Source: Lingula anatina (lineage: Eukaryota; Animalia; Brachiopoda). Taken from it: a stretch of 64,000 nt of DNA. The position numbers were made by a program, and so were the translations under genes. Below, one piece after another: positions 63,801-64,000 of the stretch. The first letter of the stretch is position 1; the number at the start of each line of letters is the position of its first letter. Under the pieces are notes generated by a model, which ran no database searches, was not told where the DNA came from, and saw only the letters and a program-made list of their open reading frames with translations. The stretch lies in assembly GCA_051362555.1 (NCBI GenBank), contig CM120643.1, forward strand, positions 24,742,848 through 24,806,847, given 5' to 3'.

Positions 63801-64000
63801 ATCCTATTTCATTTGTACTGGTGACCTGACATGACTTTAGTTTACTATTATATTGGAAGCTGGCAACTTTTGCCCAGAGTGATGCCAATTGGACATTTAT
63901 TTCTAATTCTTATTATTTATCTTAATGCCATGAAATTATTACAGGCATTTGGAGTGGGTGCTTTAGAAGACGATGATGAAGATATATATGGTATGGATTC
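60241..64000 (+). CDS. GPATCH1: G-patch domain-containing protein 1, 5' part (continues beyond window)
   Basis: Exons 60241-60310, 60915-61046, 61608-61693, 62047-62201, 62625-62722, 63005-63057, 63305-63517, 63945->end join in frame. Motifs [80 protein letters not shown]-patch [39 protein letters not shown]. Confidence 0.93.
60833..60865. repeat. (TG)n microsatellite
   Basis: Direct reading. Confidence 0.95.

Overview
AT-rich, intron-rich eukaryotic genomic DNA from an invertebrate animal (mollusc/lophotrochozoan-like by inference only); nothing prokaryotic. Five protein-coding genes were reconstructed by hand with phase-consistent GT-AG introns. (1) CARMIL/LRRC16 on the - strand, 41182->7513, 36 exons including a 1704-nt candidate alternative exon. 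(2) COQ9 on the + strand, 41530->53556, 9 exons, 300 aa. (3) An intronless glomulin (GLMN) ORF, 42388-44364 (+), lying entirely inside COQ9 intron 1 on the same strand. (4) Intronless SOCS6, 59893->58532 (-). (5) The 5' part of GPATCH1 from 60241 (+), running off the window. CARMIL/COQ9 and SOCS6/GPATCH1 are head-to-head pairs, each with start codons 348 bp apart. The most interesting feature is a probable single promoter and first exon feeding two unrelated proteins: splicing to a distal acceptor gives mitochondrial COQ9, while splicing to a proximal acceptor turns the COQ9 presequence into a 22-codon uORF ahead of a retrogene-like GLMN. Also present: a Helentron-type HINE with two internal tandem arrays (plus a partial second copy), several PIF/Harbinger-like and hAT-like MITEs (some nested, one with its empty site preserved in an adjacent duplication), a decayed CARMIL exon copy, and micro/minisatellites. 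Gene names rest on recalled protein motifs; no database search was run.
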